Source of the DNA: Spirulina sp.
Lineage (GTDB): Bacteria > Cyanobacteriota > Cyanobacteriia > Phormidesmidales > Phormidesmidaceae
Assembly (NCBI GenBank): GCA_044070495.1
Contig: JBIPSI010000037.1
Span: forward strand, 1 to 48,700
Direction: 5' to 3'
DNA length: 48,700 nucleotides
Below the pieces are notes generated by a model. It was not told the origin of the DNA, made no database searches, and worked only from the letters and a program-made list of their open reading frames with translations. The translations under genes were made by a program, and so were the position numbers. This document shows, piece after piece, positions 35,933 through 46,290 of this stretch. Positions within the stretch are counted from its first letter, which is position 1. Each line of letters opens with the position of its first letter.

Positions 35933-38521
35933 ATGACACATTTTTGGCTCCGGTCTTGGCGACCACGAGCACTATCCTTGGCTGCCAGCCTAGTTCGCCC
36001 CCTTAGTTTTGGCAGTCGAGCCATTTTGGTATCCACCTTGTTGGCCCTTACAGCCGTTTCCGTGGGGAAACGGCTGATGGTCTTTCAACCCCTAGAGATG
36101 GCCAGCTTCGACTTTTTAAGTCGTCTTCAGCCCGCCCAGCCCCCCGATGATCGGATTCTGATTGTGGAGGTGACGGAGGAGGATCTGTCTCGCTACGGTT
36201 GGCCCCTCAGCGATCAACGCATTGCTGAGGCTGTGACGATCCTTCAGCGCTATGACCCCGCCGTCATTGGGGTTGATCTATATCGCAATATGCCCCAACC
36301 GATCCTCACCCAGGAAGACGGCGAATCACCAGAGCCCAGCCCTAACGTGGTATCCCAATCTGAACAGGCGACCCTCGCCGAGGTCTTTCAGTCGCCCAAG
36401 GTGATCGGAATTTTCAACGTGGGAGACCAGGCTCAGGGACAGGAGGTTCCTGCCCCAAAGGCGTGGCCTCCCGATCAGGTGGGCTTTAATGATCTCGCCC
36501 TTGATCCGGATGGGGTGTTGCGGCGCAATCTGCTGTTTGTCGATCATCCAACCCAGCCCTACTACTCCTTTCCGTTGCGCCTAGCCATGGTCTATAGCGC
36601 GAATCCTCCCCTGGAGGTACATCCCGAAGGGTCTGTACTATGGGTGGGGGATACCCCCCTGCCCGCCCTGCGCCCAGGCGATGGAGGCTATGCCGCCATT
36701 GATGATCGGGGCTATCAAATTCTGATGCACTACCGCACCCCCCACAGCCCGGCTAACAAAATTACGATCAGTCAAGTGCTGGCGGGGGATGTGCCCGCCC
36801 CCTGGGTGCAAGGACGCGCCGTGTTGATTGGATCGACTGCGCCTAGCCTCAAAGACGATTTTCTCACCCCCTATAGCCGCCAAGCGACGAATCGCTTTAT
36901 GCTGGCGGGGGTAGAAGCCCATGCCCACGCCCTGAGCCAGTTGCTCGGTGCCCTGGCTGGGGAATCGGTGATCTATCGATTTTTGCCCCAGTGGGGAGAG
37001 TTCCTGTGGCTGACAGGCTGGATTGTGGTAGGGGGATGGTGGGGTTGGCGCACCCGACGCCCTCTATCGTTGATTATGATCGTGGGCCTGGCTATCCTCG
37101 GCCTTTGGGTGGTGGGTGGCGTTGCCCTCACCCAGCAGTGGTGGCTACCGACCATCGAGCCCCTGGCCGGATTTTTGCTGGCCCTAGGTCTGGTAGTGAC
37201 CCAAAAGGCGCTCTATCGTACCAGCTACGACCAGTTGACGCTATTGCCTGGTCGGGAGATGTTTTTAATCTATCTCCAGCGGGAACTGAATCTTCAGCGC
37301 CGTACCGATGTGCTACCGCCGCTGACGGTGGTGTTCCTAGATATTGATCGCTTTAAGCTGATCAACCAATCCTTTGGCCACAGCGCTGGCGACCGGGTGC
37401 TCCAAACCATGGCTAAGCGTTTACGGACGACCTTGCCCGAATTTGCCCGTCTGGCGAGGGTTGGCGGCGACGAGTTTGCCTTTTTGTTGCCCCTCAACGA
37501 CCAAGTCACCATCGATACCATCATCGACCAAGTGCAGCGGGATCTGGCGGAACCGATCACCATTGCCAAGCAGCGCCTTGCTATTACCAGCACCATGGGG
37601 ATGGTGATCAGCCGGGGGGATGAGGTACTGCGTCCTGAAGATTTGCTCCGTGATGCCCACACCGCTATGTATCGCGCTAAGGCCCTCAGTGAAGACCGCT
37701 ACGAGGTGTTTGCTTCCACCATGCGAGAAGAAGCGGTGCGACGGCTCGCCCTGGAAGGCCATCTGCTCCATGCCATGGAAAATCAGGAGTTTTTGCTCTA
37801 CTACCAGCCCATCGTTTGCCTGCAAACCCGCCAACTCTTGGGCTTTGAGGCACTGATTCGCTGGTACCGCCCGGAGGAAGGCTTCATCTCGCCGGGGCAG
37901 TTTGTTCAAATTGCTGAAGAGACGGGCCTGATTCTTCCCCTAGGCCAATGGATTTTTCGCGAAGCGAGTGGCCAACTCAAGCGCTGGCAGGATGAATTTC
38001 CCCAGCACCGCCTCAAAATGAGTATCAACCTCTCTCGCCGCCAATTTCACCAGCCCAACTTGGTGGATCAGTTTGCCCAATGCCTGGAGGATTTGGGCCT
38101 AGATGGCCGATCTATCCAGCTCGAAATTACAGAAAGCATGATTATGCGAAACGTGGAGGGAGCCCGCCACCTGATGCAGCAACTCAAAGCCCTGGGGCTG
38201 CAACTGGCCATTGATGACTTTGGTACAGGCTATTCATCCCTCAGCTATCTCCATCGCTTTCCTACCGATACCCTCAAGATTGATCAGTCCTTTGTGGGCC
38301 GCATGGAGAAAAGCCAGGATGACCGCGAAATCGTCCACACGATCATTGCCCTGGGCTGCAAGCTGGGGATGGGCCTGGTGGCGGAGGGCATTGAGGAGGA
38401 AAACCAGGTCGATATGCTACTCGCCATGGGCTGCGAACGGGGGCAGGGCTATCTCTTTGCCAAACCCCTCAATGTTCAAGATGCCACCGCCTTTATCGCC
38501 ACCCAATCGGCTCATCCGTGA
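35933..38521 (+). CDS. CHASE2-GGDEF-EAL c-di-GMP signalling protein
   Basis: PDDRILIVEVTEED..WPLSD..IGVDLYR, DPDGVLRR, GVEAHAH; 3 TM; GGDEF, EAL and DDFGTGYSS intact. Confidence 0.93.
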   Translation: MTHFWLRSWRPRALSLAASLVRPLSFGSRAILVSTLLALTAVSVGKRLMVFQPLEMASFDFLSRLQPAQPPDDRILIVEVTEEDLSRYGWPLSDQRIAEAVTILQRYDPAVIGVDLYRNMPQPILTQEDGESPEPSPNVVSQSEQATLAEVFQSPKVIGIFNVGDQAQGQEVPAPKAWPPDQVGFNDLALDPDGVLRRNLLFVDHPTQPYYSFPLRLAMVYSANPPLEVHPEGSVLWVGDTPLPALRPGDGGYAAIDDRGYQILMHYRTPHSPANKITISQVLAGDVPAPWVQGRAVLIGSTAPSLKDDFLTPYSRQATNRFMLAGVEAHAHALSQLLGALAGESVIYRFLPQWGEFLWLTGWIVVGGWWGWRTRRPLSLIMIVGLAILGLWVVGGVALTQQWWLPTIEPLAGFLLALGLVVTQKALYRTSYDQLTLLPGREMFLIYLQRELNLQRRTDVLPPLTVVFLDIDRFKLINQSFGHSAGDRVLQTMAKRLRTTLPEFARLARVGGDEFAFLLPLNDQVTIDTIIDQVQRDLAEPITIAKQRLAITSTMGMVISRGDEVLRPEDLLRDAHTAMYRAKALSEDRYEVFASTMREEAVRRLALEGHLLHAMENQEFLLYYQPIVCLQTRQLLGFEALIRWYRPEEGFISPGQFVQIAEETGLILPLGQWIFREASGQLKRWQDEFPQHRLKMSINLSRRQFHQPNLVDQFAQCLEDLGLDGRSIQLEITESMIMRNVEGARHLMQQLKALGLQLAIDDFGTGYSSLSYLHRFPTDTLKIDQSFVGRMEKSQDDREIVHTIIALGCKLGMGLVAEGIEEENQVDMLLAMGCERGQGYLFAKPLNVQDATAFIATQSAHP

Positions 38522-38559
38522 AGCTCGGCCATGGCCAGAACGCTTCAATCCAGAACACT

Positions 38560-39792
38560 TCAGACCTGACGACCCCTTTCAAGGCCGATGGCCTGGGGCA
38601 AATTGGCCTGAAGAAACTCGCTGTAGGGATGTTTCCGCTCTAGGGTGGCGGCGGTTTCCGTCAGGCGATACACCGACGGGGGCGGCAGGCCATTGAACCA
38701 GCTATAGGTGACATCAACGTAGTGGCCCATGTTTTCCATCACGAGGCGGTCGCCCACCTGAAGCGGCTGCCCAAATTGGTAATACTCCTTGGAGTCGCAG
38801 GTAGCGCAGGACAGTCCGCCAATGCGGTAGGTATGGGCACGGGCTTCATCGGGCAACTGGGCGTATTCCGCTGGGGATAGGTAAGTTGCACCTGTGATGG
38901 TCAGCGGCAAATCGGCTAGCAGTGAGCCAATCAAAAAGTCGTTCAAATGGGCGCGGAAGGAGCAGTCGATAATGGCTGTGGCGATACCGCTGGGACGCAC
39001 AATATCCCGCACGGTGGTGACCAGTTGACCCGCCTCCCAAAACCAGGCGGCACCGGGTTCTAAGAACAGCGTTAGGTGGGGATGGGCGTGCTTCAGATCA
39101 GCGATCACTTGGCCTAGACGCTCATCTTCGTAGTCCTCAGCCGTCATCAAATGGCCACCGCCTAGGTTGAGGTACTGCACCTGGGAGAGCCAAGGCCCGC
39201 CCTCTTTTATGAATACTTCGACCACCTTCGCCAAGTCCGCTGCCCCGTTTTCGCACAGCACATGGGCATGGAGTCCAGCGATACCGTCCGGCAATGTTGG
39301 AGGCAGTTCCGCCAGGGGCACCCCAAACCGACAGCCCTTCGCCCCGGCATCGTAGTCGCTGTGGGAGGAGACCTGGACGAGGGGATTCACCCGCATCGCT
39401 GCCGCAATGCCCGCCGCCGCCGCCCTGGGGCCAAACTGCGCCGCCTGACTGAGGGAATTAAAGGACAAATGCCCCACGCTCTGGGAAATTTCCTCCCATT
39501 CTTCCTCCACGATGGCGACAAAAAAGCCGTGGGTAGGCACCCCTGGAAAGAGTTTTTGGGCCAGCCGCAGTTCACCAAGGGAACCCACTTCAGGCATCAG
39601 CCCCGGCACCTCCGACAGCACCCCCAACCCCGCATAGGATGCTTTCATTGCCAGCAGGGGCGTGAATCCATAGCGTCTTCCCAAGGATTGGATTCGCTCG
39701 GCATTCGCTCGCAGTCGAGCTTCGTCGTACACCAAAGCCGGGGTGGCAACGGTCTGGAGGGCGGGGTGAAGGGAATTAAACCTAACGTCCAC
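38560..39792 (-). CDS. PLP-dependent group IV decarboxylase, divergent carboxy(nor)spermidine decarboxylase-like
   Basis: TPALVYDE, LAMKA, HLSFNS, RVNP, RFGV, GLHAHVLCE, NLGGGHLMT, EPG, FNG. Confidence 0.78.
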   Translation of the reverse strand: MDVRFNSLHPALQTVATPALVYDEARLRANAERIQSLGRRYGFTPLLAMKASYAGLGVLSEVPGLMPEVGSLGELRLAQKLFPGVPTHGFFVAIVEEEWEEISQSVGHLSFNSLSQAAQFGPRAAAAGIAAAMRVNPLVQVSSHSDYDAGAKGCRFGVPLAELPPTLPDGIAGLHAHVLCENGAADLAKVVEVFIKEGGPWLSQVQYLNLGGGHLMTAEDYEDERLGQVIADLKHAHPHLTLFLEPGAAWFWEAGQLVTTVRDIVRPSGIATAIIDCSFRAHLNDFLIGSLLADLPLTITGATYLSPAEYAQLPDEARAHTYRIGGLSCATCDSKEYYQFGQPLQVGDRLVMENMGHYVDVTYSWFNGLPPPSVYRLTETAATLERKHPYSEFLQANLPQAIGLERGRQV

Positions 39793-39858
39793 AGCGATTT
39801 ATCCCAATAAGGCTCGAATTTCCGATTCTTCAACAAACTCTGTTTCTAACCCGTCATA

Positions 39859-39884
39859 CCGTAGGGGCGAGGTCTCCTCGCCCT
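39859..39884 (+). repeat. GTAG-type REP-like palindrome abutting a MITE
   Basis: ccgtaggggcgaggtctcctcgccct. Confidence 0.7.
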
Positions 39885-39886
39885 TC

Positions 39887-40036
39887 TATAGCGGTTCTCG
39901 ATAGAGTGAGATACACAGTTGCTGGGTTCTAGATCCCCCCAGTACCTAGCTGTCTAAGGCTCACTCTGTACCCCCCTTGATAAGGGGGGCAGGGGGGAGC
40001 ATCGCAATGCACTTCAACCGAGTGAAATCCGCTATA
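39887..40036. mobile_element. 150-bp MITE-like element, family 1, copy 2
   Basis: TATAGCGG ... CCGCTATA ends; homologous to 9262..9412. Confidence 0.8.
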
Positions 40037-40118
40037 TGTCAGAGGACATTTATCAAGATTTGGCCCCTGTTCAGGATACCGTATCTGTTTTTGCCTGGTG
40101 CATTGAGGCGCAACCGAT

Positions 40119-40193
40119 AAAAAAGCTGAGCCTCTGCAGTAGAAGCTCAGCTTGGCCTTAAAAGCACCCCGATTGCAGTACAACCGGGGGCTT
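40119..40193 (-). terminator. Two tandem terminator-like hairpins after groEL
   Basis: aagctgag/ctcagctt and cccc.attg/caa.cgggg stems, each with a U-run on the minus strand. Confidence 0.65.
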
Positions 40194-40203
40194 AATTGGA
40201 ACC

Positions 40204-41835
40204 TTAGTAGTCGAAGTCGCCGCCCATGCCAGCGCCAGCGGGAGCGCCTTCCTTGGGTTCGGGCTTATCGACGATGATGCACTCGGTGGTTAGCACCATA
40301 CCAGCGATGGAGGCCGCGTTTTGCAGGGCAGAACGGGTCACCTTGGCGGGGTCAACGATACCGGCTTCAAACATATCGACGAATTCGCCGTTGGCGGCGT
40401 TGTAGCCGACGTTGAAGTCCTTCTCTTTGACGCGCTCGGCGATCACGGCACCGTTTTGGCCAGCGTTTTCAGCAATCCGCATCAGGGGAGCAGCCAGGGC
40501 GCGGGCCACAATGGTAGCGCCAGTGTGCTCTTCGGCGGTGAGGTTGCTGTCAACCCATGAGAGCAGATCGGGCACCAGGTGGGCCAGGGTGGTACCGCCA
40601 CCGGGGACGATGCCTTCTTCCACAGCGGCCTTGGTGGCGTTGATGGCGTCTTCCAGGCGCAGCTTGCGATCCTTCATTTCGGTTTCGGTGGCCGCACCAA
40701 CCTTGATGACGGCCACACCGCCGGACAGCTTAGCCAGCCGCTCTTGCAGCTTCTCCTTGTCGTAGCTGGATTCGGTTTCTTCGATCTGACGACGGATTTG
40801 CTCGCAGCGGGCCTTCACATCCTTCTCGTTGCCTTCGGCGACGATGGTGGTGGCATCCTTGGTGATGGTGAGGCGGCGGGCCTGACCCAGCATGTCCAGC
40901 TTGGTGTTGTCCAGCTTGAGTCCGGTGTCTTCGGAGATCACCTGACCGCCCGTCAGCACGGCGATGTCTTCCAGCATGGCCTTACGACGGTCGCCAAAGC
41001 CAGGGGCCTTCACAGCCGCGACATTCAGCACACCGCGCAGACGGTTGACCACCAGGGTAGCCAGGGCTTCTTTTTCGATGTCTTCCGCGATGATTACCAG
41101 GGGACGACCGGAGCGAGCCACTTGCTCTAGCACGGGCACCAGGTCTTGCACCAGGGCAATTTTCTTGTCGGTGATCAGGATGTAAGGCTCGTCGAGGACG
41201 GCTTCCATCCGCTCGGTGTCGGTGACGAAGTAGGGGGAGATGTAGCCCTTGTCGAAGCGCATCCCTTCGGTGATTTCCAGCTCGGTGGTCATGGACTTCC
41301 CTTCTTCCAGGGAGATGACACCCTCGCGGCCCACCTTGTCCATGGCTTCGGCGATCATCGCGCCCACTTCTTCGTCGTTACCAGCCGAGATGGAACCCAC
41401 CTGGGCGATGGACTTGGAATCTTCCACCGGACGGGCGTGCTCAGCAATTTTGTCCACCAGGAAGGCGGTGGCTTTGTCGATACCGCGCTTCAGGGAGATG
41501 GCGTTGGCACCCGCCGCCACGTTCCGCAGACCTTCTTTGACGATGGCGTGGGCCAGTACGGTGGCGGTGGTGGTACCGTCGCCAGCGGCGTCGTTGGTCT
41601 TAGAAGCGGCCTGACGAATCAGCGCTACCCCGGTGTTTTCAATGTTGTCTTCTAGCTCGATTTCCTTAGCGATGGTCACGCCATCGTTAACGATCTGAGG
41701 AGCGCCGAACTTCTTCTCCAGCACCACGTTCCGACCCTTGGGACCGAGGGTGACGGCAACGGCTTCGGTCAGAATGTCCATACCCTTTTCAAGGGCGCGA
41801 CGGGCATTTTCGTTGTAAACAATGCGCTTAGACAT
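40204..41835 (-). CDS. groL: Chaperonin GroEL
   Basis: [42 protein letters not shown] tail. Confidence 0.98.
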   Translation of the reverse strand: MSKRIVYNENARRALEKGMDILTEAVAVTLGPKGRNVVLEKKFGAPQIVNDGVTIAKEIELEDNIENTGVALIRQAASKTNDAAGDGTTTATVLAHAIVKEGLRNVAAGANAISLKRGIDKATAFLVDKIAEHARPVEDSKSIAQVGSISAGNDEEVGAMIAEAMDKVGREGVISLEEGKSMTTELEITEGMRFDKGYISPYFVTDTERMEAVLDEPYILITDKKIALVQDLVPVLEQVARSGRPLVIIAEDIEKEALATLVVNRLRGVLNVAAVKAPGFGDRRKAMLEDIAVLTGGQVISEDTGLKLDNTKLDMLGQARRLTITKDATTIVAEGNEKDVKARCEQIRRQIEETESSYDKEKLQERLAKLSGGVAVIKVGAATETEMKDRKLRLEDAINATKAAVEEGIVPGGGTTLAHLVPDLLSWVDSNLTAEEHTGATIVARALAAPLMRIAENAGQNGAVIAERVKEKDFNVGYNAANGEFVDMFEAGIVDPAKVTRSALQNAASIAGMVLTTECIIVDKPEPKEGAPAGAGMGGDFDY

Positions 41836-42083
41836 GAATAGAGTTCTCCGAAAATAAGTAGGAGGAAGCGAACAAATCGCAGGGTGCATCACGCTCAGGC
41901 GAGGTTGCGCCAACGCAATGCACCAAAATCTCAAAGCCCTGAAGCAATCTATCGGTGGGGTGAAAGCTTTATTTCAAACTCAACCGATTTCAGTTACGCT
42001 CTCAGGTTGATGGTGGGCAGTGCCCACCCTACGGGGAATCTGTAGGGTGCATTTACGAAGTAATGCACCAAAGCCAATGGGAT

Positions 42084-42395
42084 TTAGCCCAAAACAGCCA
42101 GGATATCTTTCTCGGACAGCAGCACAAACTCTTCGCCGCCCAGCTTGATGTCGGTGCCAGCGTACTTGGAGTACAGCACCTTGTCGCCAATTTTCACTTC
42201 CAGGGTTTGACGGTTGCCCTTGTCATCGGTTTTGCCGGGGCCAACGGCGGTGATTTCGCCAACCTGGGGCTTTTCTTTGGCGGTGTCGGGCAGCAGAATG
42301 CCGCCAGCGGTGGTTTCTTCAGAAGCGCTGACTTTGATCAGAACTCGATCCGCCAGGGGCTTAACGCTGGATGCGGCTAGGGTGATAGCGGCCAT
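42084..42395 (-). CDS. groS: Co-chaperonin GroES
   Basis: [33 protein letters not shown]. Confidence 0.98.
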   Translation of the reverse strand: MAAITLAASSVKPLADRVLIKVSASEETTAGGILLPDTAKEKPQVGEITAVGPGKTDDKGNRQTLEVKIGDKVLYSKYAGTDIKLGGEEFVLLSEKDILAVLG

Positions 42396-42471
42396 ACAAA
42401 AATCTCCGGGATTTAGCGACGTACAACGAACGCCTGAGCGAATCTCTCGCCTGCTCAGACCAAACGGGAAC

Positions 42472-42498
42472 TTAGCACTCTCAAGCTCCGAGTGCTAA
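42472..42498. promoter_or_regulatory. CIRCE element (HrcA operator)
   Basis: Perfect TTAGCACTC-N9-GAGTGCTAA upstream of groES. Confidence 0.97.
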
Positions 42499-42537
42499 TT
42501 TACGTTAGTTCAAGGATCAATAGCAACAAAGGGTACT

Positions 42538-42553
42538 GTACGGGTTCCCGAAC
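42538..42553 (-). promoter_or_regulatory. K-box of cyanobacterial groESL promoters
   Basis: Minus strand GTTCGGGAACCCGTAC fits GTTCGG-NNAN-CCNNAC, upstream of CIRCE. Confidence 0.8.
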
Positions 42554-42561
42554 TAGGCATA

Positions 42562-43128
42562 TCAATAGGGTCTTCGTCGCCAGCGTCGTCGCCGGAAAAT
42601 CAGCCAGAACAGGACGATCACCACCAGCAACACCAGGATCGGGGTGGCGATGGCCAGCACCGATAGCACGGTGGAACTGGCTAGTTCGGTACCCGAAACC
42701 GCCACATTGCCCACTGGCCCTGCCGCTGCGGTGGAGGCAAGGCGTGCCAGTCCGGTAAAGGCTTGGGTGCCGCTGGCCACGGTGCCCCCAGCAATCAAGG
42801 CCAAACTCCACTGCAAAAAGGGGCTCATGTCTTCCCCCACCACGGCGGCGGTGAGCACGGTTCCGGCGATGGCGGCGGCGGGCAGTTCTACGGCATCCAT
42901 CAGGTTATCCACCACGGGCACCAGGTAGATCAGCACCTCAATCACGGTAGCGACGGCAAAGGCCATGATGGCCGGAGTCGTGGCCATCCAACTCATCCCT
43001 GGCGAAAGGGTGAGGTAGCCCTGCTGGGCGGCAATGCCCGTGATCAAAAACGGCACCAAAATCCTAAACCCTGCCGCCGCACTGAGGCCAATGCCAATGG
43101 CAATGTGCAAGAGAATATCCAACTCCAT
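42562..43128 (-). CDS. DUF4126 family membrane protein
   Basis: GIGLSAAAGFRILVPFL, VATVIEV..Y.VP.VDNLMD, WSLALIAGG. Confidence 0.82.
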   Translation of the reverse strand: MELDILLHIAIGIGLSAAAGFRILVPFLITGIAAQQGYLTLSPGMSWMATTPAIMAFAVATVIEVLIYLVPVVDNLMDAVELPAAAIAGTVLTAAVVGEDMSPFLQWSLALIAGGTVASGTQAFTGLARLASTAAAGPVGNVAVSGTELASSTVLSVLAIATPILVLLVVIVLFWLIFRRRRWRRRPY

Positions 43129-43254
43129 GGTGGCCTCGCTGAAGCATCGACTAGCGTTCTAGGCCCAATCATAAACCCTGTCTTTGGTCAGGGATGGAAA
43201 GGCTGTGGGATCATAGATATTAGACGACATCAGACGGCCCCTGGAGAACGGTTT

Positions 43255-43659
43255 ATGAGCAAAGCAGAGCAGCTTATTCGCATGGCGGAAGACGAGCTAA
43301 CGGAATACAGCACCGATGCCCGCAAAATTGAAAAGCTGCGCCGCAAGTTTAGCTTTGCCGTGCCCTACCCCGAACAAAAGGCGGTGCGGGAGGAAGTCGA
43401 GGCCAGCCTGCCCAAGAATTTCCTGGCTACATTGGTGGAAGAAAATCGCCAAACCGTGGCTCTCCCCTTTTGGGGCATTGGGGGCCTGGGGCTGTTGCTC
43501 GGTATTTCTGGCAAGCAACCGCTGGATTTGATCGCCACCGGAATCGGCTTTTACGTCGCTTTTCAAGTGCAAAAATGGGGCTGGGAACTCCAGGCCAAGC
43601 GGCTGGTGCTCAATACCCTCGATGCCATTGAGGCCAGCGTTCAGGATCCGACGCCTTAA
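43255..43659 (+). CDS. Hypothetical membrane protein
   Basis: MSKAEQLIRMAEDELTEYST..TVALPFWGIGGLGLL..GWELQAKRL; GGAG before ATG. Confidence 0.75.
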   Translation: MSKAEQLIRMAEDELTEYSTDARKIEKLRRKFSFAVPYPEQKAVREEVEASLPKNFLATLVEENRQTVALPFWGIGGLGLLLGISGKQPLDLIATGIGFYVAFQVQKWGWELQAKRLVLNTLDAIEASVQDPTP

Positions 43660-43671
43660 TCCGGATCCAAA

Positions 43672-44595
43672 CTACCGCAAAGCCATGGCAGGTACGAGGT
43701 CTTGGGGATCTTGGGCCACCCAACCCATGGCCGAATTGAGGCGCACCTCAAAAAACAGGAAGGAGTTGTCCTGACCTGTCCGAGGAGCGACCCGACCCAG
43801 GCGATCTCCCTGCCGCACCGTTTGCCCCACGGCTACATTCATCTGGGCTAGGTTGGCGTAGCGGGTCTGAAGCCCATCGGCATGGTTCACAACAACGAGA
43901 TTGCCATAGACCGCATCCACCCCCGCAAAGGCCACCGTTCCGGCTCCCACAGCGAGCACGGGAGTCTCTGCCGCCGCTGCCAGGGCAACCCCCGTGTTAA
44001 ACACCACCTCATCGCGATCTGGGGCAGGTTGCCAGCCATAGTTCACCACCACCTCGGCCCGTTCGGGTAGGGGGTAGCCTTGCAGAGGACTGGGGCGGGT
44101 TTGCGTTGAGGTACTGGCACTGGCGGCGGTGCTCACACCGGGAAACCAGTTTACACCGGGGACAAAAATCTCGGTGGGGACGGTGCCCACACAGCCGTTG
44201 ATCTCAAACAAGAGATCGGCTTGGCGATTGTAGGCTTGGGCCACCTGCGCCCAGGTTTGGCCAGGACTCACCCGCACCCGAATGCCGTTGTGGGGCGGAA
44301 TGATGAGATCCTGTCCGACGCTGACCCTCCCCCCTTGCACGGCAGGATTAAACCCCATAATCGTGGCGCTCAATAACCCGTACTGTTGGGCGATGGTGTC
44401 GAGGGTTTCCCCAGCGGCTACCCGATGGCGCGTTAACCGGGAGAGTGCCGGAGCAGGGCAGAGGGACTCGGCGGACGAACTTTGTGCGATGGTTTGATCG
44501 ACTAACGATGTCGCCAAGGCGGGATACGCTAATGGCCAAGCGCCAACGCTACCCATACCCACGCTAACTAAGGCAGATAGTCCCCAGCGGTTCAT
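43672..44595 (-). CDS. LysM / M23 peptidase family protein
   Basis: HRVAAGETLDTIAQQYGL LysM; YGNLVVVNHADGLQTRYANL..FFEVR M23 fold. Confidence 0.85.
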   Translation of the reverse strand: MNRWGLSALVSVGMGSVGAWPLAYPALATSLVDQTIAQSSSAESLCPAPALSRLTRHRVAAGETLDTIAQQYGLLSATIMGFNPAVQGGRVSVGQDLIIPPHNGIRVRVSPGQTWAQVAQAYNRQADLLFEINGCVGTVPTEIFVPGVNWFPGVSTAASASTSTQTRPSPLQGYPLPERAEVVVNYGWQPAPDRDEVVFNTGVALAAAAETPVLAVGAGTVAFAGVDAVYGNLVVVNHADGLQTRYANLAQMNVAVGQTVRQGDRLGRVAPRTGQDNSFLFFEVRLNSAMGWVAQDPQDLVPAMALR

Positions 44596-44681
44596 TAGCC
44601 TGAGAATCACGCAGGATCGACCAAAACGCCAGGGTGTCATCCTATGGAGGGTGCTGTGGATCATAGGTGAAAGAGTAAGGA

Positions 44682-46214
44682 TCAAAGCCCCTGCTGGATG
44701 TACTGCAAAATGCCACGGGCGATGGCTTGGGCGGCGGTTTCGCGCCAAGCGGGATCGGCCAGACGGGGGGCATCCTGGGCACCGGTGACAAACCCCACCT
44801 CCACCAGGGCGGCGGGCATATTCGTATGGCGAATCACGTAGAATCGGGCCTGCTTCACGCCTCGATCCCGCATTCCTGTCGCCGCCAGCATGTTCGATTG
44901 AATCGTTGCCGCCAGCCGTCGCCCACTTTCGGAGGCAAAGTAGGTTTCCACGCCGTTTACATCGGGGCGGCTCATGCTGATGGCGTTGGCGTGAATGCTG
45001 ACAAAAATGTTGCCCCTGGCCCGATTGGCAATGTCTACACGGCTTTGCAGGTCTAGGGTAATGTCTTCGCGGCGAGTCATCACCACCACCACACCCTGTT
45101 GTTCCAGCAGTTCGGCTACCCGCAGAGAAATCGGGAAGATCACCTGTTTTTCTTGAAGGCCACCAATACCAACAGCCCCTGGATCGCGACCACCGTGGCC
45201 CGGATCAATCACCACCACCACCCGCTGGTTGGAGACGCTGGGCAGGGGAGGTGAATTGGTGGGCTGGGGCGGCACCACGGCGGGTTGGGGCGGTGGCACC
45301 ACAGGGCGATTGGGGCGGACAACCGGAATCGTTGGGCGCACTTCCGCCACGGGAGTAGGCGGAGGGGGTTCATCGGGAATCGAGCTAATGGGAACCCCGC
45401 TGGGGGGCAGCAAAATCACGCCGCTTTGGTTGCGCAAGGCCCGCCACCCCGGGCTATCGGGCGAGAGCCGTAGGGTGATGCGGGTGCTGGGAGGGTTGGT
45501 TTCCTGCTGCACCACCTCCCAGGCCCGCACGCTGTAGCGAAAGTTGGGCAGATCGCCAGGGCGCAGGGTGGTGGCCACGGCGGTATTAGGTAAGTCAATC
45601 ACCGCCACGCGGTCGTCGGGGCCATCGCCAGAAAAGCGCAGGGTGGGATTAGGAACGGTGCCGCTGATTTGCATCAAGAAGCCGTCGCCTGTGGTGGAGA
45701 CCCGGCTGAGGGTGGCGGCGGCTCCTGTGCCCGTACTGCCTTGCACCTGATTGGCCACTGGCGATGATCCTGGGGAACCTGATGCTTCGCCCGTTGAGGC
45801 AGCGGCGTCAGAGGCGTCCGTGGAGTCTCCCGGCAACTGAACCACCCATTGATTGGGGCGCACTCCCTGCACTTGGACAGCCCGTGGGTCGAGGCGATAG
45901 CCCGGAGCAAACTCAATCACGAGCCGAGTGGTTTGGGCATCAAACTGGCCCGCCCGCACCTCGCGCACGTTGCCGCCCACCGTTTGCCGCGTCGTGCTGC
46001 CCCCCAGTTGGGTATTGGGTAGATCCACCACAATGCGGGTCGGGTTGGTGAGCATCTGCGCCGTTGGCTGTACGTCCCGGTCGGTGGTAAAGGTCAACTG
46101 GTTGGTTTGGGCATCGAAGCGCCAGTATTGCAAGGTTGCGGCCTGGGCCGGAGCGACCACCACCAGAGCACCCAGTGCCCCTAGGGTTCCTGAAACAAGC
46201 CAGCTCGACACCAT
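44682..46214 (-). CDS. amiC: N-acetylmuramoyl-L-alanine amidase with AMIN domain
   Basis: NPTRIVVDLP AMIN; IDPGHGGRDPGA, FVSIHANA, ALVEVGF. Confidence 0.92.
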   Translation of the reverse strand: MVSSWLVSGTLGALGALVVVAPAQAATLQYWRFDAQTNQLTFTTDRDVQPTAQMLTNPTRIVVDLPNTQLGGSTTRQTVGGNVREVRAGQFDAQTTRLVIEFAPGYRLDPRAVQVQGVRPNQWVVQLPGDSTDASDAAASTGEASGSPGSSPVANQVQGSTGTGAAATLSRVSTTGDGFLMQISGTVPNPTLRFSGDGPDDRVAVIDLPNTAVATTLRPGDLPNFRYSVRAWEVVQQETNPPSTRITLRLSPDSPGWRALRNQSGVILLPPSGVPISSIPDEPPPPTPVAEVRPTIPVVRPNRPVVPPPQPAVVPPQPTNSPPLPSVSNQRVVVVIDPGHGGRDPGAVGIGGLQEKQVIFPISLRVAELLEQQGVVVVMTRREDITLDLQSRVDIANRARGNIFVSIHANAISMSRPDVNGVETYFASESGRRLAATIQSNMLAATGMRDRGVKQARFYVIRHTNMPAALVEVGFVTGAQDAPRLADPAWRETAAQAIARGILQYIQQGL

Positions 46215-46290
46215 ACGCGCAACCTTCAAACAAGCCAATCGACAGTATAGCCACGGGAACCCAGGATCGGTAACCGGGGGAGGGGGGATC

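Noticed and set aside
41836..41934. N-terminal extension of GroEL, and the 42763 start for the 43255 gene
   Set aside because: Upstream frames run through REP DNA or antisense to the DUF4126 gene; ribosome sites precede the downstream ATGs
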